DNA of 64,000 nt from Klebsormidium nitens (Eukaryota > Plantae > Klebsormidiophyceae), in contig DF237452.1 in assembly GCA_000708835.1 (NCBI GenBank), positions 1 to 64,000 of the forward strand, in the 5' to 3' direction. This document shows, in pieces, positions 11,342-24,700 of the stretch (its first letter is position 1; each line of letters starts with the position of its first letter). The position numbers were made by a program, and so were the translations under genes. Below the pieces are notes generated by a model. That model did not search any database. It was not told where the DNA came from and saw only the letters and a program-made list of their open reading frames with translations.

Positions 11342-13746
11342 GTACCAAAGATGTAGACGTGTTCAGGTTGCTGGATACTGATTGTGGCGAAAGACACGCA
11401 ACGTCAAACAAGAAATCAAATTGACCACGAAAGGGCTGGGGGACGACCAGGAGTCGCAGCGCTGCCGTTCAGATTTTGACGTCAAAAAATGGACGCTCGA
11501 GATTTTTTTTGGGCATTTGGTTAGGCACGGTTTGTCTAAACCTCGGTATCCAGATCGGTCCTGCCGAAGCCGCGACCCCTGGCTAAACCTTGCAGACTGG
11601 AGTCTCATATTGCATCGAGCAATTTCGACCATCGCGAAGTTCTGCGGTCCGCCTTGAGTGGGAGCTGCTAGAATCATCTTTGCACACGCGGTGTGCTGTG
11701 GGTGTTGTCGTTCAGAAAGCATCAACAAAGCGCTTCACGCTTCAATCTGTCAATTGTGGCTACGGTCTAAAGATAGGCTCTTGGAATCAAACATCAAGCA
11801 TTCCTTCCATCGTATCAAAAAGGGGTTGCGCCAGTGCAGGCGGACCGCTGAAAAGATCATAAAGGCCAAGTCCTGAAAGCTCACTAGTTACACTATTGGA
11901 AATAAATAAATGACCATGATAGTTGGCCGATCCGCTGGCAGTGTTTCTAGACATCGGCGTTGACTTGACCTGAATGATTCGATCTGACTTCGACGTTGAC
12001 GTAATCTGCGGTCCTTTCGTTGTCGAGAATTTCAACAACGAACAAATCCTATCATAACTTCGAACCCGCTGAATGTCGGTGGAAGCGGCTGTTAAACGAG
12101 TCGGTGCGTTTTCTTGCGAATCAGTCCGTCAACCAGTTCAATCCGTTGCGGCGCAGCACGCTGCACAAATACGCAGGGAACTACGTGCAATTTCCTTCCG
12201 CCTTTCTTCCGTAGTATCGCTGTAGGACTCCTCTCTATGGCTGAGAAAGCTCATTCAAGTGAGAGCGCTGCTGTGGAAGAAGACGGGCGTTCTACTTTCC
12301 GACTGACTTCTTTCTACTTCCTTAATAGGAAACGAAGCCATTCCCGGAAGGAATCGTGGACAGAACTCACTTTCATCTGGAATTTAACAGTCCTTGGAGT
12401 AGTAATCCAGGGCCCGGGCCGGAATACGTCCTCTTGTCGTCGACGATCGAAGCGTCAACCCCTTTCTAAACCATCGAATCGGTGCGGTGGTTAGGACAGG
12501 TGCATCGCTTTTGACCCTTTCTCAAACCAAGGCACCGGGGGATGTTTTAATTTGACGTAGTTCTCTGTTTGAGCAAATCATCTTCGATGCGTCAGAACGT
12601 GTAGAAAAGCTCCAGAGCTTTCTTTGCATAGAGCTGCACGCCCGTTCTTACTGAGGTCGTTTTGAACAGCGATTACCACTTTAGGCTGGCACTAGCAAAT
12701 CAACCAGGTCTTACTTTACCGGGGTCCGGCAATGTCCTTCGAAGGATTAAATCTATATTTCTCCCTTTGTGCTCTATAAGAATCTACTCCAGCTACTCAG
12801 CACTGAAGCAGCACGTACGCAGAGGATGCGCGTTTCCCGCTAAGCCTACTGCGGTATTGATATTTCAAAAGCACCTCGGTAACCTCTTCCAGATTCCAAA
12901 GCCTTCCATTTTGGTTTTCCTCGAAGTCAATAGAGTGGTACTCCACTGGAACGAAAGAAAGCTTTTGATGGACCGCTCTACTAGGATATGAGTGGGTACG
13001 TCTACATGAAGACAAAAGGTTCTCGAGACGCCTAGTCAGTTCGCGTTTTTGCGGTTCTGCTGTCCACAGCAGCGCGGTAGCAAGCAACGGACTGCAGCTG
13101 CCACTAGTGATGTCGTGCTGGTTAGCAGTAGAGCAGTAGCAACTGAGAAGCTGAGACTTGTCGAGAGCCGGTCATACCGGTTGGTGCCGCTTTTAGCCCG
13201 CTTACCAACCTACCGGTATGTAGCATGTACAGAATTGCCCTCGTATTGCCAGGATACGCACTGATATCGGTATCCGAGTACCGGTATAGGTACCTAGGTA
13301 CGATACCGGTACTTGATTTCCTGTGAGCACTAATGGGAGTCGACAATCACGCGACAGATTTTCAAAGCCAGGCCACCGTTACACCCTACGACAACGCGGG
13401 CAAGCAGCTACCTGTACCTCCCACATATCTTTAGCAAGGTTTAGGGTTCTACCTATCTACCGGCAGATTCCTCCGTAACATGGGTTAGGATTCAGGACGC
13501 TTACTGTACATGCTAGGTAGTACCGTCCGTCTTTTAAGGAGCAGAGCCCGAGCAGAGAAGACCAGTTCCACTGACTTCCGCTCTCAAGGACCTTGAAAGT
13601 TGAACCTAAACGGCTATTGATCCCATGCACACCCGGTTGAGCTGTCACCCGCTTCACCCACCTGGTCCTAATTAAAAGGCAAGGCATCTCGAGTTTTGGA
13701 GGAAAAGCCGCAGACGTCGTATCCGACATTCTGGACGAAGTGTTCA

Positions 13747-13991
13747 CTATTTATAAGGCAGGGGTGCGGAGCGCGTGATGTTTAGGCTAGGGTTTTCAGT
13801 ACGTGTGCCCGGGGCTTCTGAATCTTTAATAGTGCTAAGTGAACACTTCCCTTGCCATACCTAATACGTATCCGGCCTGTCCGGCCCGGGCCCGACCCTC
13901 AGGAGTCAGGTACCAACCTCCACTTGACCTGAGTGGAGTACCATTCGAGTTTCGAGGCCCCGGTTGAAATGAATCGTCAATAATGTGGCCC
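13747..13991 (-). promoter_or_regulatory. Promoter-like motif set (site II TGGGCC, telo-box AAACCCTA, TATAAATA) with no intact gene identified downstream
   Basis: The minus strand reads tgggcc (about 13991-13986), aaaaccctag (about 13796-13787) and ttataaatag (13756-13747). A ccag|gtggg donor follows at about 13661. Confidence 0.3.
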
Positions 13992-14977
13992 ATAAGACAT
14001 GCATGCATTTACTGCTCATTCTATAATTGTAATCTGTGACCCGTGAGATTCTAACAATTAGGTATCACGGGCGCCGCGGCGGCATTGCTACCGTAGGTAC
14101 CTATTTGTGAACATTTTTGCGGTACGTACCCATAGAGTACCGCTCAATCCCAATGATTTCGCATGTACTGGACAAATTTCGAATACTGGTAGCAATAATC
14201 AAAGCGTTTAATGCACGTGCAAGTCGGCAAATTACGTCACTGCGTCAGACTGACAAATCGGATTCGTAAGCGGCAAACCTGTAGGGCAGTGTGCAGTGTG
14301 AACACCTTGCCACTTGGTCTACTGTACCGGTACGGCGGTACTACCTACCTACAGTACTGGTACTACCTAGGTACCTACAGTGTACAATGTTAGCCGTTGC
14401 TCTGGGCTCCCTCGGAGTCCCCTTTCAAGTTCCAATTGAAGACCGGGGATCGTGCGGTGGACTTCCCGGGAATCTTGCTAGGAGGAAATCTTGCCCTTGA
14501 TCTAGGTATCGGCTTGGCCCGGCCCACATTTCCCGGTCGTTCAGATCGTATTATAAGAGCACCGCCAGTACAGCCGCAGAGCCAGATTGCAGTCTGGACT
14601 TGGGACTCTGGAGTCTGAAGTTCTGAAGTTTGAACTCTTCGAAGAGCACTGCCCTGAGCTGGTTAAAGTCTTCTGTCCAGTGCATCGGACCCGCCTTCCA
14701 CACTGGGACTTGCAAATTCCCTATCCAGGCTTATACTTGGGAAGAAGTGCAAGACAAACATGGACTAGCACAAGGGCACGGCTCAATTGAAATTGCAAAG
14801 GACGGATGGCGTAAACAAAAAGTGGCGGGTCCTTTCTTCTTGTACTATTTTCACTCAGTCTATATAAGCACTGAGAAATTGGATCAACAGACCATATAAT
14901 GGGACAATAAAATGAGCTAATCTGCTGCTTGTTTTCCACTTCTCGCAACTGAGGGCTTTATAGCAAAGATTATGTTT

Positions 14978-17900
14978 TTACACTTCAACTGGAGATGGGC
15001 TCGACAGTCGGTCCATGATCTCTTGCACCACCTGCCTCACGTTGCAAGCTACAGCAACTTCGACAGAAGGCCTGCTGCACCATTGCGTCGCGGCTGCCCA
15101 TCTGGCAAAACAAAACGCGCGTGCAGATGTAAGAAGCCAATTTTAATTTTGATCGTCAACAAACTGGCACATCATGGTTCACCAACAGATCACTACCTCT
15201 CCTACGACCAGAATTTTAAGTAGCACGAAGGCTCCTCGCATAAAAGCAAGACCGAAGGAGCGCATGCGACTTGACGCGTCTAAGATTCCAGAACTTTCAA
15301 TAGACGTCTAAACTGATAAATATACGCCCCCACCGACTTGCTCGTAGGCAGGCAGAGTTGCTTCCTCAAACTGAGTTTGCAATCAGCACTTAAGAGCGCT
15401 GCCCATTCTTACTTCCCACGTCAAAGGGGTTCCCTTACTCAGTCAAATTCTTCCAATGAGCTTCTGCCCGATCGTCGACAGACGGTTCTGATGATCAGGT
15501 ATGCATAGAAAGCGAATATGGGTGCTGTTCATGACCGAAGGCCAACAGCGTCCGTTTCCATCGGGGTTTAGGATGCGCCCTGATCCGAAGAAAAATCGCT
15601 TCAAAATTACTTCAGAACCATGCTTCATATCCGCTTGGTTGCAGATGTCCGTGTCTGACACTCACAGATAACTTACTAAACTGCTGAAAGACAGGAGGTG
15701 CAAGGAAGGGCTGAACAGAACAGTGACGAAACGAAAGAGGACAAACATGACTCACTTTTTGTTGCCGAAGTAGGCGAGCGTCAAGGCGCGGAAGGGGCCC
15801 TCTTCCACTTCGACGCGAACAGGGCCTTCCCGAAATGTAAATAACGACGGCTGGATAACCGCCATCATAACGGACGGGTCATGTAGCATGATAACTGCAA
15901 ACAAAATCGTAGGTCTTGAGAATGTACAAACTCGCATGTAAGAATCATCGCAAACCGGTGTCCACGAAACGTCGCAAAGGTCGGATACCTCGGGACCTGC
16001 CTCAGGATAATTTCTTGTTAAGCAGCCAGGACAAATGTCAATTCGCGCGGGCCCAGACGTTCTAAACCGTAAAAACATAGTGCTAAGAACCCACGACAAT
16101 CGCCAACGTGCCTGTTACCAGACATCCTGGAGCCTTACATGACACTGGAACAAATTGTCTCTCAGCGGGATAATAATGCGTACATCAGAGCTTGTAGCGA
16201 CCTGGTCACAGCGACGCAAATAATCACTACCAAGATGTAAGCAGGAGCAACGGACTCGTAGTCCAGCTTCGTGGCAGCAGCCTCCTTCAAGACAAACCGC
16301 AAATAAGAGAGACAATCATAGCGGTACGTTACCCTTTACCCACAATCGACTTACCGTTTTGTTGGTAGGCTTCGACGTGGTACTTGAGGTAAAAGAGGGA
16401 CGCGTTGTGTAAGTACTTCCCAAAGGGGCCGTCAGAGTCGCGCAACCGTTGAAGCTGGACCTCTGCAATCACGGATGTTGTGCTTCAGGATAAAGCACAT
16501 GGGTAAAGCGGGAACGATACATGTTTTAAATAGTAAAAAAGAACACAGGCATGAAAACAGGATTTAATTTTTAAGATTAAAGCTATTTATTTAAAACATA
16601 AAGTTATTTTTAATTAAGGTAAAATTAAGCCTTACCCTCAAATTTGGTAACGTTTAAGATTTCCACATGACGCTGATTGTCGTTTACGGGGGGAAATGAT
16701 AGCACCAATGCTCGATCCAGATAAGCAGTCGCTTCGCACAACTTCCATCCTCCTCATGTCTCTAGAGGTCGGATGAGGCGAAGCTGGGTCTCTGAGAATG
16801 AGGTGGCCTTATTCCCGTCGTCGACAAGAATTCCGCCTGGTTTCTTGTGGGGAGGGGTAGCCTCAGATGATCAAGCGGGATCCTAACGACCGAGTCGGGT
16901 CACAAGTCTCAAAACACGCTGGATAAAAGTGGTAATGGAAGTCGGACAGCAGCCTAGGCGCTCTAAATTCCAAACTTGGCGTTGGGTCCTGTTGAAAACA
17001 TCCGCTGATTCTGTTCAGTCACGCAGTAAGACTCTCTAGTCCAACCCTCTCTGTTTCTCCGCTCTGAGACTCCGAGCAGACACTGCACCCTTTGCCGTTA
17101 CACCTCCAGTCACAAGGCTTTCGTAGTCTAAACCTTGCACTGGTTGTCAGCCCACTCAATGACATGTTCCGTCCGAGCAGTAACATAACTTTCGAACCCT
17201 CTGACGTTTTGTGTGTAGTCACGAGGCTTCTGTCGGTATTGAAACCATTTAAACTCTCTGCTTACCCACCTGTCATTAGTATGTTTCGTGTCACGTCCAG
17301 ACCGATGACCTTAATGGGCGCGCCACAGCCGAAAACAAGGTCGGCCGCCTCCGGATCGCCCAGAATCTGTCACCAAAACACGGAAGAAGTTAGTTCACCG
17401 CCATCTCCGTTTGTCTTAGTGGCTCGTGGTAGAGTTCCGTCTTCTTTGACTGCGTTCTCCTTAGTGTCTCCGTAGAGACGTATTACAGCAACTGCTGACC
17501 CGACCAATTTCTTAGCAGTGCTTCAAAACAATGAAGGGCCAACATATCTGACGAAAGAACAATTAGTACGACCACGATCGGCCCTAATAATGTCGACCGG
17601 AGAAAAGGCTGCAAAGCAAGACCTCCAGAGTGCAACACACAAAAGCCTCGGTTCCCTGAACCGAGGGTGACAAGCACAAAGAAAACCTTGTTGAAAGATC
17701 GACCCAAAGACTCACGTTCGCTTCCGCCGCCGGATTTACATTCCCGTTCGAGAGGAAGGCCCCTCCCAATATGACAATCTCCCCAACGTTGGATGCAAAA
17801 TTAGGGTCAAGCAGAACCGCCTGCGCTAGGTTGGTTAACGGCCCCAGGGCGACTATGGTTATCTCCCGAGGGTTTTTCTTGACCACGTCAACTAGGTACT

Positions 17901-19599
17901 GAGCGGCCGAGCCCGTTAGGGCCTTTCCAACGGGGGGTCGGGGCCACGTGTTTCCCAACCCGTCTTCTCCGTGGACAAAACTCGCAATGCGCTCTTTGGC
18001 TACTCCCTGTGGAGTGGGAAGAAAAAGTCAATCACCGCATCAGGAATGTCAAAAGATGCCGGGCAGCTACATGCTTGTGGCAGAGAGCATAGCCAAGGGC
18101 AGGGGCAGTTCTAAACCCAATCTCGTCAATGGAGTTGGGGCCGTTACATGGAGAGCTAGAGCAGGAGGAAGCGATTTAGAAATGTGGTCAGAGTGAAAAC
18201 GACTCAGGTTCAAGTCGTACTGTAAGGCCGGTTGGAAGGGTCAGTTGTCTTGCTTCGTGGCAGTGAACATGTTTTTGGTCCGCTACGCGCAAAGTGTTCA
18301 ATAGAACCATGACGATTCCGGACCACAAGCGGGTAACAAGGGATCGTAACCATCTTCGATCCATCTTAACGAATGTTTGAATCTTTGATGCTTTCGAAGC
18401 TTCGCAGCACAAACTTGCTTCTTCTGTACTTCGCATGCAAGTTCGAGTGTCTATATTTGGAGTCTGATGACCACAGAAAACGAATCCAAATGTCAATGCC
18501 AGTGAACCTGTTTTTAAGTCTGCGGAACCTTCTCTGCTTTGAAAAAGTGAATGTTGGCGTACCTTCAAAGACTTGACCTCCCCTTGAATGACAGGGATGT
18601 CAGGGCGACCGGCCAACTCTAGCTGCACAAACCATGCATTCCGTATAAGACAAGTTCGAAATAGAAAGACAACATGATGTTCGCACAAGGAATCATCTAC
18701 GACTCTCTGAAAGGAAAAAAGCGAGGGACTGAGCTTGTTCAATGTTCCCTCTTAGACAGGATCACGTCCGGGAGGACAGAACAGCGCGACACAATCCTCC
18801 AGATTCTCCCAAGGAAAGGAAGATCGGGGTAAGGAAGAGGTAGGTGAGATCCGAAGTAGTCACTACGTCAAGTCGTTAGTGGGGGACTGGCAGACTTCGT
18901 GCAACATTCTAGGCCCCGGAAAGCATCTACCACTCCAGGCAAAGCTTTTGCAGTGAAGGAAGCCCTTACCAGGTGCAGAGCATTAGAAGTAGCCAGCGGC
19001 GTCCGTACGTTCCCAAATATTGTCGTGAGGGCAAGCAATTCCAACTCCGATGACTGCAGCGCCAATAGAATGGCATACGCGTCATCTATGCCTGGGTCAG
19101 TATCAATAACAATCTTCTTTGCATGCGGCCTCCCCCCCCCTCGCCCCAACACAAGCGGACTCTCCCCAATAGAAACATCCGACCCAGCCGGCTGATCCGG
19201 CGGTGTGGACGGCTCCTCAGCCGCCACCTGGCGCTTGTCGGTTGGACCCGAAACCCTTTGCCTCTTTGCCTCCCCCCCTTGCTGTTCCAAAACCCGTTTG
19301 GGATCGCCCTCTCCTGCTAACAGATGCTGGTCCGCGCTCGCGATTGCTGTGACAACAGCGGCAGCGACCGACGTCCCGGGCCCCCCTAGCCGGGACTTCT
19401 GAGCGAAAGAAAAGGGCTGTGCTGCAGCGGGGGGGTCCCGAGAGGGGCTTTCTGCATGCTGGTCGGAGGGGAGGAAAACATCTTGGGAGGGGCCGTCCAC
19501 CGAGGGGGTACTCGACTTTGAGACACTGTCTATTCCGTGCTCGACGGCCTGGATGGAGGAACCTGGGCCGTCGGATGGCTTGCCTTTCAAGCGGTCCAT
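14978..19599 (-). CDS. Inosine/uridine-preferring nucleoside hydrolase (plant NSH/URH family) with an approximately 160-aa N-terminal extension, 7 exons
   Basis: Exons 19599-18970, 18622-18563, 18006-17716, 17366-17270, 16462-16355, 15894-15756 and 15101-14978 are phase-compatible. Motifs are KKIVIDTDPGIDDA, FVHGEDGLGN, ALGPLTNLA, LGGAF...GNVNPAAEAN, ILGDPEAAD, VIGLDVT, MLHDP and VEVAV. The start codon is uncertain because an AG acceptor lies just upstream. Confidence 0.92.
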
Positions 19600-20860
19600 T
19601 GCTCCCACTGACGCCTTGAAAGGCGATCCTGCGACAGGACAAACGACGTGTTCAAGTCCGAGCTGTGTTGAAGGAATGAAGTGCCCTGCTGTTTAGAGGA
19701 TGAAGCTGAGGGGAGGCATTTGCTCAAAGTTTGCCTTGGGGATAAGCAACGTCTGAAAGGATTTCTAGATACATTGGTGCACCAGAAACATGGTCATTGG
19801 ATCAAAAAAGAAAAACATTCTAGCTCACTGATTGTCTTTCAGCAATTTGGGTATATGGAACCGTCAAAAATCCTAGCGTAACAACGGGAGATCTACAAAC
19901 CCTCTCATGCCAAACCCTAAGGAGAGGGACCAAGTCAGATTTGGGAAGGCAATGAACGAGAGCTGAGGTCAGACACTTCTGCAATGAAGCTTCTCAAAGT
20001 ACTGACGGTCTCTCAAGCATTATGCTGTGTCCTGCATTTGAAACCTCGTTCCTGACAGAGTGTGTGGGAAGAACGGGCACATTAGAAGGGCAGAATTGTC
20101 TAATGCAACTCTATTTTGGTGTGCAGCTATAACAGCAAGAGTTTGGCAAGAGCCTGCTGGACGACCAGGCGAAAGAAGGATCGAGCACAACAAATGTATG
20201 CCGATGGAATCACAGGATCAGAGCTTCATTAACCAATCGCTTTCAATCATGAGCCTAAAAGTGAACTGATCTGACCAGGTGTTCTCCTGCGACTCAGAAT
20301 CCGGCAAGTTACGTGTTTCTCATTGAATATTCTGGGGACATGTGCAACCAGAGGCGCTCTCAAATTTTGCAGCTTATCGATGGAAGAATAAAGCTCACCT
20401 CAATGCAGATTCTAGTGGATTGCAGGATTGAGATTCTCCTCCTGCATGAAACAAACTTCAACGAGGTGACAGCACCGTTCTGAAGGAGGGAGATTGGGAC
20501 TTGTGCCAATTGTTGTGGCAGATCTGCTAATATGAGAGGATGAGAGAACCTGAGTACTACCTTTCTTACTATTACTAGTATTAGTATCTGCCACTAATGC
20601 TTCAATTTCAAATGCCAATTTGGCGTCTTCTCTTGCCATTGGCATTGCCATTGGCAGACAAATTCAACCGACTCTGAGGTCCTTGTTCTAAAACTGCCGT
20701 GTCGAAGTGGGGCAGTTGGTCGGTAGTCGGTACCGGGAAAGAAGAAGGGCATGAAGTACGGAACTCTATTCCCGGGAGCTGCTCACCCGGGACGATAACT
20801 TGGATAGACATGACCACATTTCTTCAGAACTGATCGAGCAGCTCAGTTGAATGGACGTAG

Positions 20861-21216
20861 GTATGTAACTTCACTAGTTTCAACTGCGACGTCATCATAG
20901 TTAAGGACGTGCCCAACCTAAAACCCTAAGGTCAAACTGAGAGCAGTAACCGGGTTTTGACGATACCCTAAGGCGTTCCGCCATAGCCCGCCCGTACCCA
21001 CCCTAACCCCCCAACTAACCCCACCAAGATCAGTCGGTTGCCCTCTAGTAACCTTAACATCCCCCGAGCACTCCGACTCCCTGCAATCGAGTGCCCGGTT
21101 GAACACTGCACGGTACCGACCAATGTCGACTCGGTAGCGTACCGCCGCACTGTTCACCGTAGGTACCGATGATGTCATGCCTACGTTGCAGTTGAAACTA
21201 GTGAAATAATACATAC
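20861..21216. mobile_element. MITE-like element of about 355 bp with approximately 30-bp imperfect terminal inverted repeats
   Basis: The left end gtatgtaacttcactagtttcaactgcgacg (20861-20891) is the near reverse complement of the right end cgttgcagttgaaactagtgaaataatacatac (21184-21216). It is non-coding and its interior is rich in ctaacc and gtac. Confidence 0.7.
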
Positions 21217-21776
21217 TCTACTGGTTGAATTGGCAAAAGCCTGAAGCTGAGCTGTGAGTCCCATTTCTGTGCGATTCTCAAGCGATGAGTTTTCAAATGC
21301 CCCATTCTACCAGTGCATGCCATTGCCTGTTCATTGTAGTTTGTATCAAGGGCGCTAGGGAATGGCTTCTTTGATGTAAGGATTGGGGGTAGATGATGGG
21401 AAGGATTTGTAAAGTCAGCGGGCAAGGCTGTCTGTGCACTTTCCAAAGTACTCTCAAAGACTTGATGAACACTCCCGCATGAATTGATGGCGACTAGTAG
21501 CCGCACTTGAAAGCTGTTTTCTGGCACTCTGATGGATGCAACAAGCATCCACTTAGAGGGTTCATTTGGAAGCAGACGGAAGGCTGCATTGTACTGTAAT
21601 GGCAGATTGGCAGACAGTTGTTTTCATGCGGATCAAGCAGATTGCAGAGGCTTCAGTGTGAACTGCGCAACTTGGCACGCAAGTTCAGCGCTGTTTCAAT
21701 CAGTCAGCAACCACCTTTGAAGCAGCTTAATAGACGTTGTAATATAAGTTCAGAGGCTTGTGTTTCTAGAAACAAA

Positions 21777-24700
21777 ATGAGTTTAATATCAGGAAGGTTT
21801 GTGCTCGCTTGGGTGCTCACAGCGGTGAGCACTCTGTTGTTGCTTCTGTCATACCATGGGTTGCGAGACGCTGTTTCTGCGAAGCTGTGGGAGACAAGCC
21901 CTGCAAATGCTGCCCAGCCAAACCTCGCCGTTCAATCTGGAGACGATCACTTTGGGCCACTCGATACGGCTCAGCAGGTGGAGAAAAAGGACAAGGCCCT
22001 TCCGACGAGTCCCAAACTAGAGAGTGAGCTTGTAACAAGAGAGGGGAACGCTTTTCTGGAGCATCAGACGAGCGCCGTTCGGAAGCTCCAGGCGGCCAAA
22101 GTAGAAAGGACCCTTCAGACAGTGTCTGAAAGTAGTGCAACTAGAGGGGGAGCCAAACCCTCAGGCACCGGGGGAAGCGCTTGGTGGAAGTATGTGGAGC
22201 AACTAGGGGGGTGGCAAAACTACATCGACCTGGTCGTCGCGACCACCCCCCGCATTCACTACCAGGGGAGTAAACCCCACTACCCCCGGGCGTCAACCAC
22301 TCCCAGTGCGCGTGAGTTAGAAAGCCGGTTAGCGCTGAGTTTAACAAAAAAGGGGAGTGCGTCTGGGGTAGCAACCCCCGTCGAGGACGTCAAATTCGAG
22401 AAGGGGAGCGGGGAGTTTTCATGGTTCTTTTGGGCGCCCAAACCGGCTGCGGTTAACTATAACCGCATCATTGAGGACGAGCTTCAGGAGATGGTCAATG
22501 CGCGGCTGCACAAGCGGGGCTTCCCGCACGGTGTGAATAAGCCCTCTCGCGGGGTGAACACCCCCGAGGAGCACCCCGCTGCCGTTCGGGAGCGGCTGCT
22601 TCAAAACCCCGCTTCTTTAACTGCGGATAGCGGACCGGCAACTCAAGGAGAGGAGTCTGGAGATGGAGAAGTCTTAGTCGATGTTGGAGAAGGGCTAATG
22701 GCCGACGTTGGATTCCACGCCAAGAACGTAACTTTGGAACCTGGGTTGGTTGGAGTTTTCATGAGCGGGTGCGGAGAGACGTGCGGACAGCACGGGACAT
22801 GTAATGAAGAAATGGGGCGGTGCGATTGCCCGTGGGACCATACGGGACGAGACTGCGCCGTCCTGGCCATGCCGGCGTGCCGCATTGGCCAGAATGTGAG
22901 CTACCCATGCGCATGCGAAGGCTTGAGCTCTTGATGTCACTCGAAACGCGTCTCTACAATGCTTGATGTTGAGGCTTGGAGTTATGAGGCCCTGCTCAAA
23001 CTTGTTGCATCTCTTCTCTGTCTTTACGTCTAGTCTCACAGTCCTGTGAGGATCCATAAGGCTCTACTCAGACTTGTTGCATCTTTCTTCCGCTCGAAGT
23101 CTCATCTCCTTTTTTGCGTGGACCAGAGACATGTGAGCGCTTTTGACTGCAGAGCGAAATCCGGTTCGGAGGGCCCTTCCAACAAGTGTTTTGTGTACCA
23201 GACAGTGTTTTGTGTACCAGACAGTGTTTTGTGCTCAGACTCTGCACGTCTTGTAGAATGTGTTACTCTTTGGACTTTGATGCAATCAGATGTGACCTAA
23301 CCCTCAAACCCGACACTGTTGCAGCGCACGATTCCGTGCAATCAGCCCGCCCCCTGCGCATGCTACCTTCAATGCGAGCGCTTTGGCTTTGGCCACAGCC
23401 ATGCCTGCTTCGACGTCAACCCGCCGTACATAAGCGAGGGTGCCATATGGAGCGCCCCTCAGGTCAGAGCTTTGGCCACGGAGTCTGCCTTCCGTACCGC
23501 AAGACAGAAGAGAAGTAGAAACAGTATCTCTGAGTTAACGAGATGGAGAAAGGTATTGGTCGGACAGCAGGCTGACACCCGTCCGTCCTTCCTTCGTGAA
23601 TACCTGCGATCTGCCGACTCGCAGGTCGATACGTCTTTTGCGATGCCTGGAAACATTTGTTCCGTTTGCAACTTCTCTCTAACGAATCACGAACGCATGA
23701 ATCAGGTGTAAGGAAAGTGTTTCCGCCATCAAATTCATGTGCCACTCTCAAGCCAACTATGAATGCATGAAGCAGGTGTAAGGAAGAAATTTCAGCCGAC
23801 TGAATTTATGTGCGGGCACATTTGAAGGGAGACCTGCCAGTCTGAACCTTTTCTGAAAGTTTGAAGCCACTTTCTCTCACCTCCTCTTACACCAGACAGC
23901 AAGCCAAAGGAAACATCGTCAACCAGAGTCATATCTTGCTGAGGAACCGCGAGTTCCAACATCCTGTTACGGGATTGTCGTGACACCAATTTTGCGTTGC
24001 TCTCAGGTCGTAATACGGACGGACGGACGCGGCCATGAAGAAGGGTCCGTTCGGACGTCCATCGACGAGTCGGACCCCAATTGGCGGAAAGTACTGCCGT
24101 CCCGCTTCTGCCCGTTGGGCTGCAGCGACGTCGGCTGGTGCGAGCGGGACAGCGAATTGGGCGTCGAGTAAGGACCCTAAGCTCTTCAACACTGCTTCTG
24201 CTTTTGCTGCTTGTCTAGCTTTTCACCCCTCCCAACTCCCTTGAGTCGACTTTGGTGTCTCTCCTCTGTGAAGCTTTTCTACCTGCTCATCCGCTTTCGA
24301 ATCAACTACTCTCTATTTCTGGTCAAATTTAAGCTCTTTGTGCTTCTCTCATTTCCTTCTGGTCTTAGATGCTGTCCTCCCGACCAGCTTTTATCCTTTC
24401 GCTGTTCCATCTCGTTTCTTCCATCCTCAACGCCAGCCTTACGGTTCGTGCTCACGTAGACAAACGCCCCCTTCTCTTTCTTTCCACGATCGTAAACCCG
24501 TTGCCCCCAAGTCTCGCCCCCGCAGCAGCTGCTTGCGCTTTGCCACTGCACAGCTGTTGATTTGTTTCTCCTTTTCGTTCCCTCCCTTCCTTACCACGGG
24601 CCACAACAAAGCGCATCACGCTGACGCATGCACTCATCACCTGCGCAGCCCGCCGTCCGCGCACTGCAACTGCCCGTTCGGCTTCGCCGGCGCCGGCTGC

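Noticed and set aside
13690-13815. ctggacgaagtg and ccggggcttc, resembling pieces of plant RNase MRP RNA
   Set aside because: The GGAAAGUCCCC core is absent and the spacing is wrong; likely coincidence.
20918-20931. cctaaaaccctaa as a possible telomerase RNA template for TTTTAGGG repeats
   Set aside because: It lies inside the MITE interior, with no USE/TATA promoter upstream and no other TR features visible.
24338-24648. N-terminal 100 aa of the 978-aa ORF
   Set aside because: Pyrimidine-rich intron read-through; the true exon starts at the ctgcgcag acceptor (24649), in phase with the previous exon.
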